A DNA stretch of 64,000 bases, taken from contig NC_134025.1 in NCBI RefSeq assembly GCF_964204645.1, positions 17,583,101 through 17,647,100 on the forward strand, in the 5' to 3' direction. A program made the position numbers and the translations under genes. Positions 52,122 to 64,000 of this stretch are shown here, piece after piece; positions within the stretch are counted from its first letter, which is position 1, and each line of letters opens with the position of its first letter. The notes below the pieces were generated by a model that did not search any database, was not told the DNA's origin, and saw nothing but the letters and a program-made list of their open reading frames with translations. The stretch is from Tubulanus polymorphus. Lineage: Eukaryota > Animalia > Nemertea.

Positions 52122-53984
52122 TTCTTTCCATGACAATCTACAGTCAAAAATTACACCTAAGAATTTTACATGATCAATATGTTCAATTTGTTTATTATCT
52201 AGGTAGAGATTCATATCAATTTGAGATCAAGGACCAAAATTCATAAATTGGGTCTTGCTCACATCAACTGATAGTCTCTTAGCTCTGAACCATTGAAGTA
52301 ATTTTCCAAGTTCTGTATTAAGGGAAATTTCTAACGTACGGGGAGTCTTATCACTAGCAAAAAAGTTACTATCATGTAAGTGTCACAAAAAATATTTCAA
52401 CAAAAATCGAAGTTGAAGTTGAACGGTTATCTGAGTTGATTGGATCAGACTTGGGCTGCAACTACTGAATACATTATCAACTTTGTCACCCACTCAAATA
52501 ACGCGACTCCAACTGTGTTGCAGTTCTGCCTTGATGACTGCCAATTTATCTGAAGCAGGCCATTGTGTGTTATTTCATTGTTAGTTGAAAAAATTGTAAC
52601 ATATTGAAAATTCTTTAATTCTTAAATGTTTCTTTTTTCTTCCACCAAAGCCATTTCCATTCTTCCAAAAGTTATCACGAGGAGAATTCAATACCTTGTA
52701 TAGATAGGTTCCAGCTTGCTTAGTTCCCAAATCAATGATTTGTTAAGGACAAGGAGACAAGGATTAGCTGTCAAAGCAAGATGGTAAATTTAAACAAAAC
52801 AGCTTGAAAGTATAACCAATTTTATTTCAAATGGGAAAATATAACAGGATAAAAGAATCTTCAAAATAGTCATCTATAAAGTCCATATATCATCATTTGT
52901 ACCAACATTTGTAACATGTTTGCACAAAGTCAAATGAGTGTAGTCCAACAGTCTGTAAATTCCTGCATGGTATCTTTTAAACAAGAGTTCCATGGGCCTT
53001 AGACCATAGGTAGATTATACTGTGGTAAGTATAAAAAGTGGTTAATGTATAATATCTGCCGGCAAATGTTCTTTGACAATGTTGATCGGAAGGACCAGAG
53101 ACTTAAGGTCAATTTGTGTTAGTACAATTTTCATTTATGCTGAAAATGAAAACCGTTTTTCTGACAAACGATTTAGCCTAGGCTATGGGTATTGTTAAAC
53201 CGCATTAATACGATTCTGTTAAAAAGACGAAACTAGTTCATTCTGATGTTTTCCATCATGTCCGAGCTAAGATATTTATATCAATCAAGATTTGGATACA
53301 AAAACCCATTTAATACAACAATTTTGGCACTTTCTGCTAGTGTGTACAGGGCTGCTACCACCTCAAGAATGCGCATGAGGCGGGCAGGGTATCTTAAAGT
53401 GAAAACGTATCTTAGAACACGGACGAACTGATGGAATTTACAATAAATTGTCAACTGATTGATGATACAACATGGTTCTCGGCATACGTAACAATGATAT
53501 TTTCCCCCCAATAAACAACAAAATTTTTTAAATAGTATTGAAATTGTAGCTATCTGTTTAAATGATACCTATCATTAAAGAATCACAATAACACAGTTTT
53601 ATGCATTCTAATATCATTTTACACCGGAAACTTGGCGTTTGAAAATATAAAGTTATGATTTTATCCTTTCGAAAACGTTTTCAAAAAATCATTCAAGAAA
53701 CGTATTATCAAACGTTCAAGGAACGTTTCCTTACTCCGATACAGAAACATTATTCAATACATGTTAAAGCAGATGTATAACTTATAATGAATATAATACT
53801 GAGAAAATCATCAATGTAAAGTCTATTCCTAGATTCAGAAAAAAAAACACTTTTAAAAAGTCGATATTTGTGGGATTTTCAAGAGAGAGGCTGCCTGTGC
53901 GTAAGTGTACTGCAAACATCGCCATCTTGAAACAGCCTATATCAGCTGTTGATCACAGTATATTTTAAAAGGTAAAACAAAAGA

Positions 53985-54820
53985 ATAAGGGTTTTCTGTT
54001 TCTTCAGAGAAAACCCTATTGAGATTTGCGTGATTTCTTTTTTCCCTTTTCAACACAGTTTTTGTTAAAAGTGTAAAGGCTTCCTTACCTTACAGCTGTT
54101 GCCGATACAATCCGTATGATATCCTTCAGCTCACTTCAATCTCCAGATACTGCATGGGAATTTTGATAAATCCACGTTATAAAGGCACTGTCGAGCCGTA
54201 AACATCGGAAATTTGGCCCCGTTCAATTAGTAGCCATGTTGTGTTTTCACCACAATCATAGAACATCAGCTACGATTTTGTAATTGATTGCGGTAACAAA
54301 CTATGCCTAGTTACCAAAATAATAGGGAAATACTAAGTTATTCTAGTTATTCAATGTCCCTGGTGACCATATGCAAAGCCCAATGACCGCGAAACTCACT
54401 TGATTCATACAACATGAGCTACAACTGTTATGAGCTACAACTTTGCAATTGATCATGGTAACAAAATATGTCTAGGTACCAATATAATAAGGAAATACTA
54501 AGCTATTCTACTTTTTATCATTAAACATGTCATGAGCTATAACTTTTCAATTGATTGTGGTAACAAAATATGAATAGGTACAAAAATAATATAGAAATAC
54601 TAAGTTATTGGATTGTTCAATGCCCCCTGGTGACCATAAACAAAAACCAATGACCTTGAAACTCACTACAATCATAGAACCCGTTATGAGCTACAACTTT
54701 CCAATTAATTGTGGTAAGAAAATATGCTTAGGTATCAATATAATGTGGAAGTACTTTTTCCACCTACGAATGAGTACTGATGATACCAAGATGGCCACCA
54801 ATTGTGTCATAATTGGCTGA
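53985..54820. repeat. Family A 3' fragment (minus) fused to family B tandem-unit fragment (plus)
   Basis: agggttttctgtttcttcagagaaaaccct hairpin, similarity to 29637-29880, then ccctggtgaccat units. Confidence 0.7.
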
Positions 54821-54821
54821 A

Positions 54822-55340
54822 CAACAAGAGCCCCAAGGGGCACTATGGCCAGCCTGTCAGCTTTTCATAAAATGGCAAATGATGATGCATTCTGTGGGTT
54901 AAATTTGTCAAAATACACTCCCAGCTCAGAGTCAATATCTAATAATTTACACAATGCAATCGTAGAATACAAAAGTAGCACAGACAGCGACTGGATCTGG
55001 CAGGAACAAATACCTCAGATAAATCTTTTCCCTTGGTCTTATTAATTTTAATGCGGAATAGAATTAGATTTTTTGAAATTTGCTCAATAAAACAAAATTG
55101 AATTGGATTTGATGTTTTTATGTGTTCAATAAAGTAAAATTGAATTGGATTTGATATTTTTTTTGCGGAATAAAATTTGATTGAATTTGTAGTTTGAGCA
55201 CATGGCTAATTAGCATATCAAGGTCATCTATCCGGTTTAAGAATAAGCTATTTTTCCCGGACTTTGCACGATGGTCAATGATATTTTCCGTAGTGCTAAT
55301 AAAAATATTCCTCCCAAAAACCAAATCAACTAAAGCTTTC
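54822..55340 (+). repeat. HINE-like family D 5' part, second copy at about 60745-61280
   Basis: Both begin agccccaaggg(g/a)cactatggccagcctgtc and remain colinear for about 500 bp. Confidence 0.8.
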
Positions 55341-55710
55341 ACAGAAATCGCTCTTGAAATAGAGTTTTAGATCTTAAAATAAAACCCGTAAGTAAAACGG
55401 TAGACAATACCGCGGGTTCACGTGAACACCTGCTGATTTCTGCGGCTAAGCCAATCATAGAGGAGTCTTTGCTTTCTGATTGGCTTTTCAAAACCAATAT
55501 TTTTGCGATCAGATATTCGCGAAAAAGCTCATACAAATTTTAACGAGGCCCCCTTTCAAAATTCAGCTACGTAGAGTTTGGAGAATGGATAATGCTTTAA
55601 TGAATAATTTGTATGAATATATGCTCAGTTGCACAGTAAAAGAGCCTTTGCTCTGGAAACCATGTCATTTATATTCACTCCATTTGTATAGTAATAGGCT
55701 CAGCCTACGG

Positions 55711-56379
55711 CTGGCCTAAAAATGGGTGAAAGTTTGATTACTGTATACATGTACTGTAGGTTTTTATTTTGTAAGAATATTTTGCAGTTCACATGGGTAT
55801 GATGCTGATTCCAATGTCAAACACATGAAGTTAAATGGTCAAGGACAGTCAACACCAAGATATCACTCCTCGACGGATGTTGTACCATAGAAGATCTGAT
55901 TCTTTCAACTCAATCAAATTGATTCAACACGATCGACATTTCATTTAGTCCTATGTACTTTTTAGCCAATTTGGATTTGATTGTAATTGAAATGCTGAAC
56001 TGTTAACTTGAGACAAGTAAGACAAGTGGAAAAAACACTGGCCTAAAACGGTGGTCTAAAAATGGGTGAAAGTTTGATTACTGTATACATGTACTGTAGG
56101 TTTTTATTTTGTAAGAATATTTTGCAGTTCACATGGGTATGATGCTGATTTCAATGTCAAACACATGAAGTTAAATGGTCAAGGACAGTCAACACCAAGA
56201 TATCACTCCTCGACGGATGTTGTACCATAGAAGATCTGATTCTTTCAACTCAATCAAATTGATTCAACGCGATCGACATTTCATTTAATCCTTTTGTACT
56301 TTTTAGCCAATTTGGATTTGATTGTAATTGAAACGCTGAACTGTTAACGAGAGACAAGTAAGACAAGTGGAAAAAACAC
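55711..56379 (+). repeat. Recent tandem duplication, period about 340 bp
   Basis: 55711-56038 and 56052-56379 are near-identical with only a handful of differences. Confidence 0.95.
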
Positions 56380-58508
56380 AAGTTATGCTTGATTCTCATA
56401 TTCAAATTTAATTCAAATTCAAATTTAATTTATTACATCATATTTACAAAGCATATCATTGGTTCAAGCAGTAATAAAAATTAGGACGGAACAAATATTA
56501 TTATAGAATTTTCAAAAAGGTAATGAGTTTCTATAACTAAATGAACATTATTTTTCTAATAAGTAAGATCAAGAGTGACTCTCCCGTTTATTAAAACACA
56601 CGCAACTAGTGGATCTTAGGTTTGATATTAACACACATGTTGCAGGTATAAATTGTTTATCAGTATATAATTTGTAAAACATAAAAGCCGAAATCAACAT
56701 CGGTCGAGACCCAGACCAAATCAATTCATAATTTATTGATTGGATTTACACTACAATATATGTATTTATTCAAATATTTCAATAAAAAGATATTCCAAAT
56801 CATAAAACGTTCTTATCTGTAAATTTACTCAATCTATATTGCCTCAGCAGATGCTTAAGATGAGTTCTTAATAGAAAAGATCCATTTTTAGTGTGTTGAT
56901 AATACAGGATCATGATGAATTTGAATGCCAAAATAAATGCCTGGTCGAATAAATTCATATTTGTTGATTGTATATCCGCTACACCTGGATGAAAGTGGCT
57001 GCGAAGAAGATGCTTATAAAAAGGGCTGTCACCTGTGCCATAAAATATACGTAATAGGAATATCGATATCCGTCGATCCATCACTGCTTATTTTTGATGG
57101 TAATCGATTTTGTTGAATTATACTATCAATAATAATATCCAAATATAGCTGGAAAGCAGCGACAACGGGTTTCTGCCTTGCTGGTTTAAATGTCGCACTG
57201 GGAAGCGCACAAAGATTTCACCAAAATAATTCTTATCAGTTTATAACATGCGACTATTTTGAAGGAGTGCGACACATATCCGGATCCACAAGGGCTACCA
57301 TGTAAAAAGTACTGATGTACCTTAATTGTTTGGCGCTTTCATAGTTCTGTTGGGAATTGCATGAACTAATCATACCTGTTGGCATATGGCACTTATCTGT
57401 ATATGTACTTATACCATGTTTTTGATGTGATCTAGCTTTGAAACTGAATTAAACCACATGTACTCAAATGCTAATTGATTTAAACATACTTTAGTGAAGC
57501 ATTTTGATAATATCACATCATTAAAGGTCTTGATGTGTTCTATCAATCTTATTCTGATGAGTTGACGTTAAACAGAGATAAGAATATATCTCTGTTAATT
57601 CGATAAAAGACATCTGTTTTATTGAAATATTTGAATACATACATATGTATAGTTGTAGATCGCCAATAAAGCACTATTATCAATATCATTATAAATTGAT
57701 CTGATGGAATCCCAATCAATGAATCCCTTCAGGGCACATGTATGTAAAATGTCAGAAAACCCATTATTGCTGCTTTACAGCTATATTTTACATTTGATTT
57801 GGAAGGTCATCTTGCTTAGGGGTCAGTTTGTCAAAGCATCGAAGCAATGCAGTCTAACTTGTTTACGTCTCAGTTGCAGCAGGGCAGGGTGCTCATTATA
57901 TTGCTCACTTAAATGACTTACACAGCCCAATGTTTTTCAGTGTGTAAACTTCATCGTACTCGGTATACAGGGACATCGAGGAATTGAATTTTAGGCACCT
58001 GAGTCCTCAACTTGATTTGAGCAAAAGACCTGAACTGACTTCACAGAATTTGAGTATGAGTCTAGGATTATCTAATTGGTGAATGCTTCCTGTTCTGGTT
58101 TTAAGATCAATTCAAATTTAATCTTGAATACATAAAATTAGTCAAATAAATATTCATTTTATTGAAAGAAATTCTACTGAACACAGATTTTAAAATGTAT
58201 GATATGTTTGTTGATTTATCCAGGCGAAACAATCACAGCCAAATCAACTGATGATCAACAAGGTGAAGTTTCCATTTATCTTCGGATAATTTGTCTACAC
58301 CTGACGATACAAGCATTTTGGCTACACCTTTTGAAACTTCAACGCTTTATCTACTCGCACCAATTAGTCAGCCACAGTCGATTTTCATACCATCTGACCT
58401 CTTTCCACCTGTAATTAAATGTAAGAATTACTCAGTTATGTAATATAAGAGAGGAGTGAAATTAAATATAGATATAGGAGTGAAAGAAAGTATAATAGTT
58501 ATATTAGG

Positions 58509-59745
58509 AGACCAATTTAGATTGCGCGTTTGTCGTGAAAATTCTAGTATTACTGTCTCACAGAGCATAGACACCGACCGTTAAGCCATGTGGAATTGGT
58601 ATTTTAAGGGCTATTCGGTTTACTCCAAAACCAGTCTCTGATATACTTTAAAAAGCTTCATATCAAGGGTATGGTAGGACTCTTTATGCCCATGAATTAT
58701 CATCCCATAATAACAATGAATCGAATTCTGCATGTACGTTAGCACGAATGATTACTAATCCAAATATTCTTCTAAACATGGCATTAGAAAAAAACAATTA
58801 CACAAAACGTCAAGTATGTACAGCATCTGAGACAGTTGAGCATAAGTTATGGCTTTGACTGCCAATGACAAAAAGCTTGATTTGAAACGTACACTTGCAC
58901 AGTGTGGTTTAAATATATTCCCACCAGCTGCAAGAATCCGAAAAGGAATTGAAGACCGTAGTGACCAGTTCCTTGCACGATTAATAATAAATAGTCGTAT
59001 ACATAAGTGTAAACCAGCCCCTTACTAACTACTTAGGCTTTCCACTGGCCCTACACACTACATTAAGGGCCTAAATCTATTCTAGGCGAATCCCCCCAAA
59101 AAGCTAGGAATTAAGTAGGTAGCCAACCATGATCATTGCTTCGCCGAGTACTCATTTGCTACCATATGTACTCATATCATAGCACAACCCAGTGGAAAGG
59201 TGACCTTAACTGCAGTTAGACCAAGAAATCATGTCTAACATTCCCTGGTTAATGGATTCTCACCTTAAAATACTTAAACTCTGCTGTCGTTGTCATCGAT
59301 CTGAGTCGTCAAGTGAACGCGGAAGTAAAATTCCATATGAAAATCCCTACCATTTCTGTCCATAATTACGTTGATTTAAGCCAGAAATCATGAGGAAATG
59401 TAGCCAACATAAATTGATTTACCGATAGAATTAATCAATTGACTCATTTCAGGGATCATAAGTCCTAAAACTCGCCATAAATTTGCAATAAATTTAAGCT
59501 GAAAATGATTTCAATCATCCGCCATGTTGGCTGTATATTGTTCTCGGTAAATGATGGATCCAGACTAATTGTAAGTCAGAATTCGTGAATTACGATTGAG
59601 TTTGACGCTTTAGTTCGTCCGGTAATTTGAAGGCTTTTCGGAATGTACTTAAATGAATGGATGACAATGCTTTGCGTTAAACTTGTCGCTGTTAAGACCC
59701 GGAATTAATTCATTATAAATAACTAAACGCAAATTCAAATGGTCA
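58509..59745. mobile_element. Possible old TIR DNA element (ISL2EU/Harbinger-like)
   Basis: Imperfect inverted ends gaccaatttagattgcgcgttt / aaacgcaaattcaaatggtc. No TSD or ORF established. Confidence 0.35.
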
Positions 59746-60330
59746 GGCGCTGAGTTATATTTCTGACAGAATGGAAATTACGTTTTTAAGCTGCTAGTTG
59801 TCGAATCTGAGAGGAGTTTCATTTTATGAAAAATTTTTGGCTGGAAAGTGGAAAATTTATAATGTTAATAATAATCAACAGAATTACAAGAGGGTTTCTG
59901 CGAAAGCAGCAGAAACCCTAATAAAGGTATAAATATTGTATACGTATGATTTAATTATCTCTGTTCACTGGATATCCACCACGCAGGTTAAGGAGAAATG
60001 TTGCTGACAGGTTTTTTAAACGATTTTCGTGATTCCGTCATGTTTCAATAAAAGGAATGAATGGACATTTCAAAAACGTTTAAGAATAAAATTTTTGAAA
60101 CGTTTCTACGAGGTTTTCAAGGTTTTGACAAGGTTTCATTATTGTTTTGTAAAAGAATAACTGTTCACAAAATTTTAAAAAATTCAATCAGCTGTATCAT
60201 GCTCATAAGAAATGCACTGACAAATGGTAAAATGAACCAGATTAGGGTTCCATCTACGGATAGAAAAGTGGATGAGGTGAATCTCTAAGCCCAGGGGGTT
60301 ATCCAACAATTAGGCTTAAAACAACCACAC

Positions 60331-60461
60331 CTTTTTAACTTTTTCTTCTAGAGCAAAAGCCTTCTCGTGTAGATATGATATTTCATCTTTTTGTTGAAAG
60401 TACTTCTCAGATTGTTTGTCCAGTTCATCTGTCAAAACCTTTGCCTGATCATTAGCATCTC
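60331..60461 (-). CDS. TRAK: Coding exon (131 nt, phase 1 to 0) of a TRAK1/TRAK2/milton-family trafficking kinesin-binding protein, HAP1_N coiled coil
   Basis: Acceptor ttattacag and donor AAG|gtgtgg. Reads xDANDQAKVLTDELDKQSEKYFQQKDEISYLHEKAFALEEKVKK, which resembles TRAK1 RDANVQIASISEELAKKTEDAARQQEEITHLLSQIVDLQKKAKA (recalled from memory). Not in the ORF track. Confidence 0.85.
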
Positions 60462-62067
60462 CTGTAATAATAGAAGGACAACAATTAGGTTAGCTTGGAT
60501 CTATTCAATATATTGTGGACTGCTGTATAAAAATATAAGAAAAACACAAAGAATCAATTCTAGATTTTGCATTCAATCTAGAAATTTATTTTTTAAGACA
60601 CACTGGTTTAGTTTGTATATTTTTGGGGCCCTGGTTTTTTCTACGAATGAGATATTTTATGGATAATATGGAATTTGTATTTTCTATGAATTATGTACAA
60701 TTCGTAGAATTAACGATTTATCTGTTAATTTGTATAAAAACCTGCTAACTAAAGCCCCAAGGGACACTATGGCCAGCCTGTCGGCATTCATGAATGGCAC
60801 AAGATGCATTCTGTGGGTTATAGTTGTCAAAATACACTCCCCGCTTAGAATCAATTCCTAAAATTTACACGCAGCATCGTGTTATCAAAAATAGCACTGA
60901 CGCAGAGGTGGCAGGAACCAATACCTCACATCAATCTTTTCCCTTGGTCTTATTGATTGGAATGCGGAATAGAATTGAATTGGATTTTATGATCTTTTTT
61001 TTCAATATAAAAATTGAATTAGATTTAATGTTTTTTATTTGTTCAATAAAGTGAATTAAATCAGATTTGAGATTCAATCAGATTTTTTTCAATCAATTTG
61101 AAATTAGATTTTTTTTTGCAAATAAAATTTGATTGAATTTGCAGTTCGAGCACATGACTTATTAGCTTATCAAGGTCATCCATCCAATTCGAAAAAAACC
61201 TACTTTTCCTTGACTTGTATATGATCAATGATATTTGCACTAGAAAATAAATGTATTTCCCATGAAAACAAATTTTAGATCTTAACCCATTAGCACTCAG
61301 GAATTTCACTATGTTACAGTGTCAATTACTCCTCAGAAAATTCAATGGAAAATCCAAGTTCATCACTATACCGAATAGCTGTTTATTTCGATGTATTACA
61401 AGTTTGTGTTATTTTGTTCTAAATAGATGAGGCTTTCATGTGATGGTAAGATTTGATGAGATGGGCCACCAAAATCGTGTCCTTTTGGCCCCCCAAAATT
61501 CATCTTACTTGGATTTGAAGTCAGCGCTCAGATCTGTCATGTTCATACTCAAAATACTCAAGAAATTGAAATAGGAGGATGTTGATATCTGTTAGGTATT
61601 TTGAGGACTTAGTTTTCTAGTTTATCATAAGCTATTGGTTCGAATCCCACTATAACCGTTTTTGTGCAGCATATGCAAAGATATGCTGGGTGGATTCGAG
61701 AAGGGTCATTCTTAAGAATCCGAACACCAGCCCTGAGAGGCCACATTGCTTCTCAGGCAGGTACCTGCCCTGTGAAGCCAGTGGTGCAATTAAGCAATTA
61801 AATTTTCTAATTTTTTTCAATAGAATCATTATCTTAATTTTTCTTTGTCATTTATTTTAGAAATGAAGCAGAAAAAATTATATTGTGATATCTTTAGCTA
61901 TTTGAAAATTAGAGAATTCTAGTTAATAAAAAGAAATACTAGTTATTTGAAATTATTGTTTTTTTATTTAATTCTATTTGAGATATAAAATGGTCTCTTT
62001 TTGAAAAGAAACAATATAATTCAAATTAAAAATCAATAGATTTATTATATTATTTTTTAACCGCTTA

Positions 62068-62356
62068 ATAAAGATTCAATATATTTTCATTATTTGGATC
62101 ATTATTCCATAATTCAATAAACTTCTTTGCTTTATTCAACTGATCTAGATATAATTGTAAATCTAGTTTGTTAAATTTTATTTTATTTTCTTTCTTTTCT
62201 AGAGCTTTTTATTATGTTCATCATTCATATCAAATTTAGATACAGGTAACACATAGTCTATTTGAAAATATTCTCCATAATTATTTTCATTCATTTTATC
62301 ATTGAATCGGTAAATAATCCATGATTTTAGAATGTTCTCTGAAAAATCTAATAAAT
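62068..62356 (-). pseudogene. Fragment of HNH/endonuclease VII-like gene of the type found in large DNA viruses and Polinton-like elements
   Basis: LKSWIIYRFNDKMNENNYGEYFQIDYVLPVSKFDMNDE, then after a frameshift or deletion LEKKENKIKFNK. Lies in a very AT-rich block from about 61795 to 62356. Confidence 0.6.
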
Positions 62357-63006
62357 ACAAGGTGCCCGTGGGCACAGTGAGATTCAGCTTTGAAAGTAAA
62401 TAGTCATGTGCTTGACAAATTGTCATGGGATGATGACATGTTTCTCATAAAAAGAAGAGTGGTTGACCCTCCACTGGACCAAGTAACCAAAAATTGATTG
62501 AGGGAACTTATTTGGACCAGTGCCTGCTATGATGTATGAATAAACACTCAATTTCTAGTGTTTGCACGAATTATGATTCTGGTTTCATACTATCATTTTG
62601 GCCTTAGCAAAGCTGTCAGTTACAACGCATGAAACTGGGGACCAAGCAGCAGCAACAGCAGTAGCATATTTTTCTTATTAACTTCTTTATTGCAACCCTC
62701 AGAGGTAAATGTGCTACAGTCGTGGGATTCTTTTTCGTCTGTAGTTTCTGTACATTCATCATCTGAAAAAAATAATGGCAAAAACAGTTAACTCATGTGA
62801 ATAGTAACACCTTTTCTGGTTATCATTGGTGGTATACCTTGCCATTGCTTTAAAGGTTTAAACTCAATATACTAAGTTATGTAGAACTTGAATGGAGCCA
62901 TTAATTTCAATTAGTAGCACATACTTTATTGGGTTTATGGTATGCAAGCAACTGCATTAAGGTAGGACCAAATGTGTTTACCATTTCAGTTGCAACACAG
63001 GATTCG

Positions 63007-63729
63007 TGTATGGTAAGTAGTGAAGAGTTAATATCAGTGTATGGTAAGTGGTGAAGGGTTAATATCAGTGTATGGTAAGTGTTGAAGGGTTAATATCAGT
63101 GTATGGTCAGAGGTGAAGGGTTAATATCAGTGTATGGTAAGTGGTGAAGGGTTAATACCAGTGTATGGTAAGTGGTGAAGGGTTAATATCAGTGTATGGT
63201 AAGTGGTGAAGGGTTAATATCAGTGTATGGTAAGTGTTTAAGGGTTAATATCAGTGTATGGTCAGAGGTGAAGGGTTGATATCAGTGTATGGTTAGTGGT
63301 GAAGGGTTAATATCAGTGTACGGTAAGTGGTGAAGGGTTAATATCAGTATATGGTAAGTGGTGAAGGGTTAAACTCAGTGTATAATAAGTGGTGAAGGGG
63401 TTAATATCGGTGAATTGTAAGTGGTGAAGGGTTCATATCGGTGAATGGTAAGTGGGGAAGGGTTAATATCGGCGTATGGTAAGTGGTGAAGGGTTAATAT
63501 CCATGCATGGTAAGCGGTGAAGGGTTAATATCAGTGTATGGTAAGTGGGGAAGGGTTAATATCGACGTATTGTAAGTGGGGAAGGGTTAATATCGGTGCA
63601 TGGTAAGTGGTGAAGGGTTAATATCGGTGTATGGTAAGTGGGGAAGGGTTAATATCGGCGTATGGTAAGTGGTGAAGGGTTAAAATCAGTGCATGGTAAG
63701 TGGTGAAGGGTTAATATTAGTGTATGGTA
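63007..63729 (+). repeat. 31-bp minisatellite, about 23 copies
   Basis: Consensus gtgtatggtaagtggtgaagggttaatatca, head-to-tail with no spacers. Confidence 0.97.
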
Positions 63730-64000
63730 GGCCTAGTAGTGAAGTGCACACCTGGTCAAAATGGAATGTAACAATTATTAACTATTAAATTATTAACGGT
63801 GCATAACAGGGTTATTAATATTGCAGGGATTTTGCATGGATGTGGCAGGCATCATAATGGGGTTTCAATAGTTAGGCCTTTTATATCCCCGGGTTTCAAA
63901 AAAATTGATCTACATATGGCCTAAGCCTATATCGGTATGTATTTCTTGTTGAAGAATAAATGAACTCAAGGATGAAAATAAAGTAGCCTTATATTTTAGG

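Noticed and set aside
63007-63729. CRISPR array or telomeric repeat
   Set aside because: Units are head-to-tail with no unique spacers, no cas genes are present and the context is eukaryotic. The AGGGTTA similarity to telomere repeats is only one 7-mer per 31-bp unit.

Overview
AT-rich eukaryotic genomic DNA, probably from a marine invertebrate (the repeat types resemble those of lophotrochozoans; the species cannot be determined). The window lies inside one minus-strand host gene of the TRAK/milton/HAP1 kinesin-adaptor family. Three coding exons can be read by eye (60331-60461, 48125-48199, 13181-13380). They splice in frame across introns of about 12.1 kb and 34.7 kb. The introns are filled with nested mobile DNA: a full-length but inactivated BEL/Pao LTR retrotransposon (20856-27400) inside a Harbinger-like MITE inside a decayed intron-containing AcademX transposon; a decayed Gypsy element with an SGNH-hydrolase-like ORF after integrase; a DIRS remnant; piggyBac, pogo, Harbinger, hAT-like and CMC-type non-autonomous elements; tRNA-derived SINEs; many Helentron/HINE-like repeats; a 340-bp tandem duplication; and a 31-bp minisatellite. 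I found no convincing new biological system. The best leads are the Gypsy-borne SGNH ORF, a virus/Polinton-like HNH nuclease relic, matched CMC termini bracketing a host exon, BEL LTR mismatches confined to the 3' end, and a minisatellite built like a piggyBac end. All family assignments come from motif recognition without database searches.
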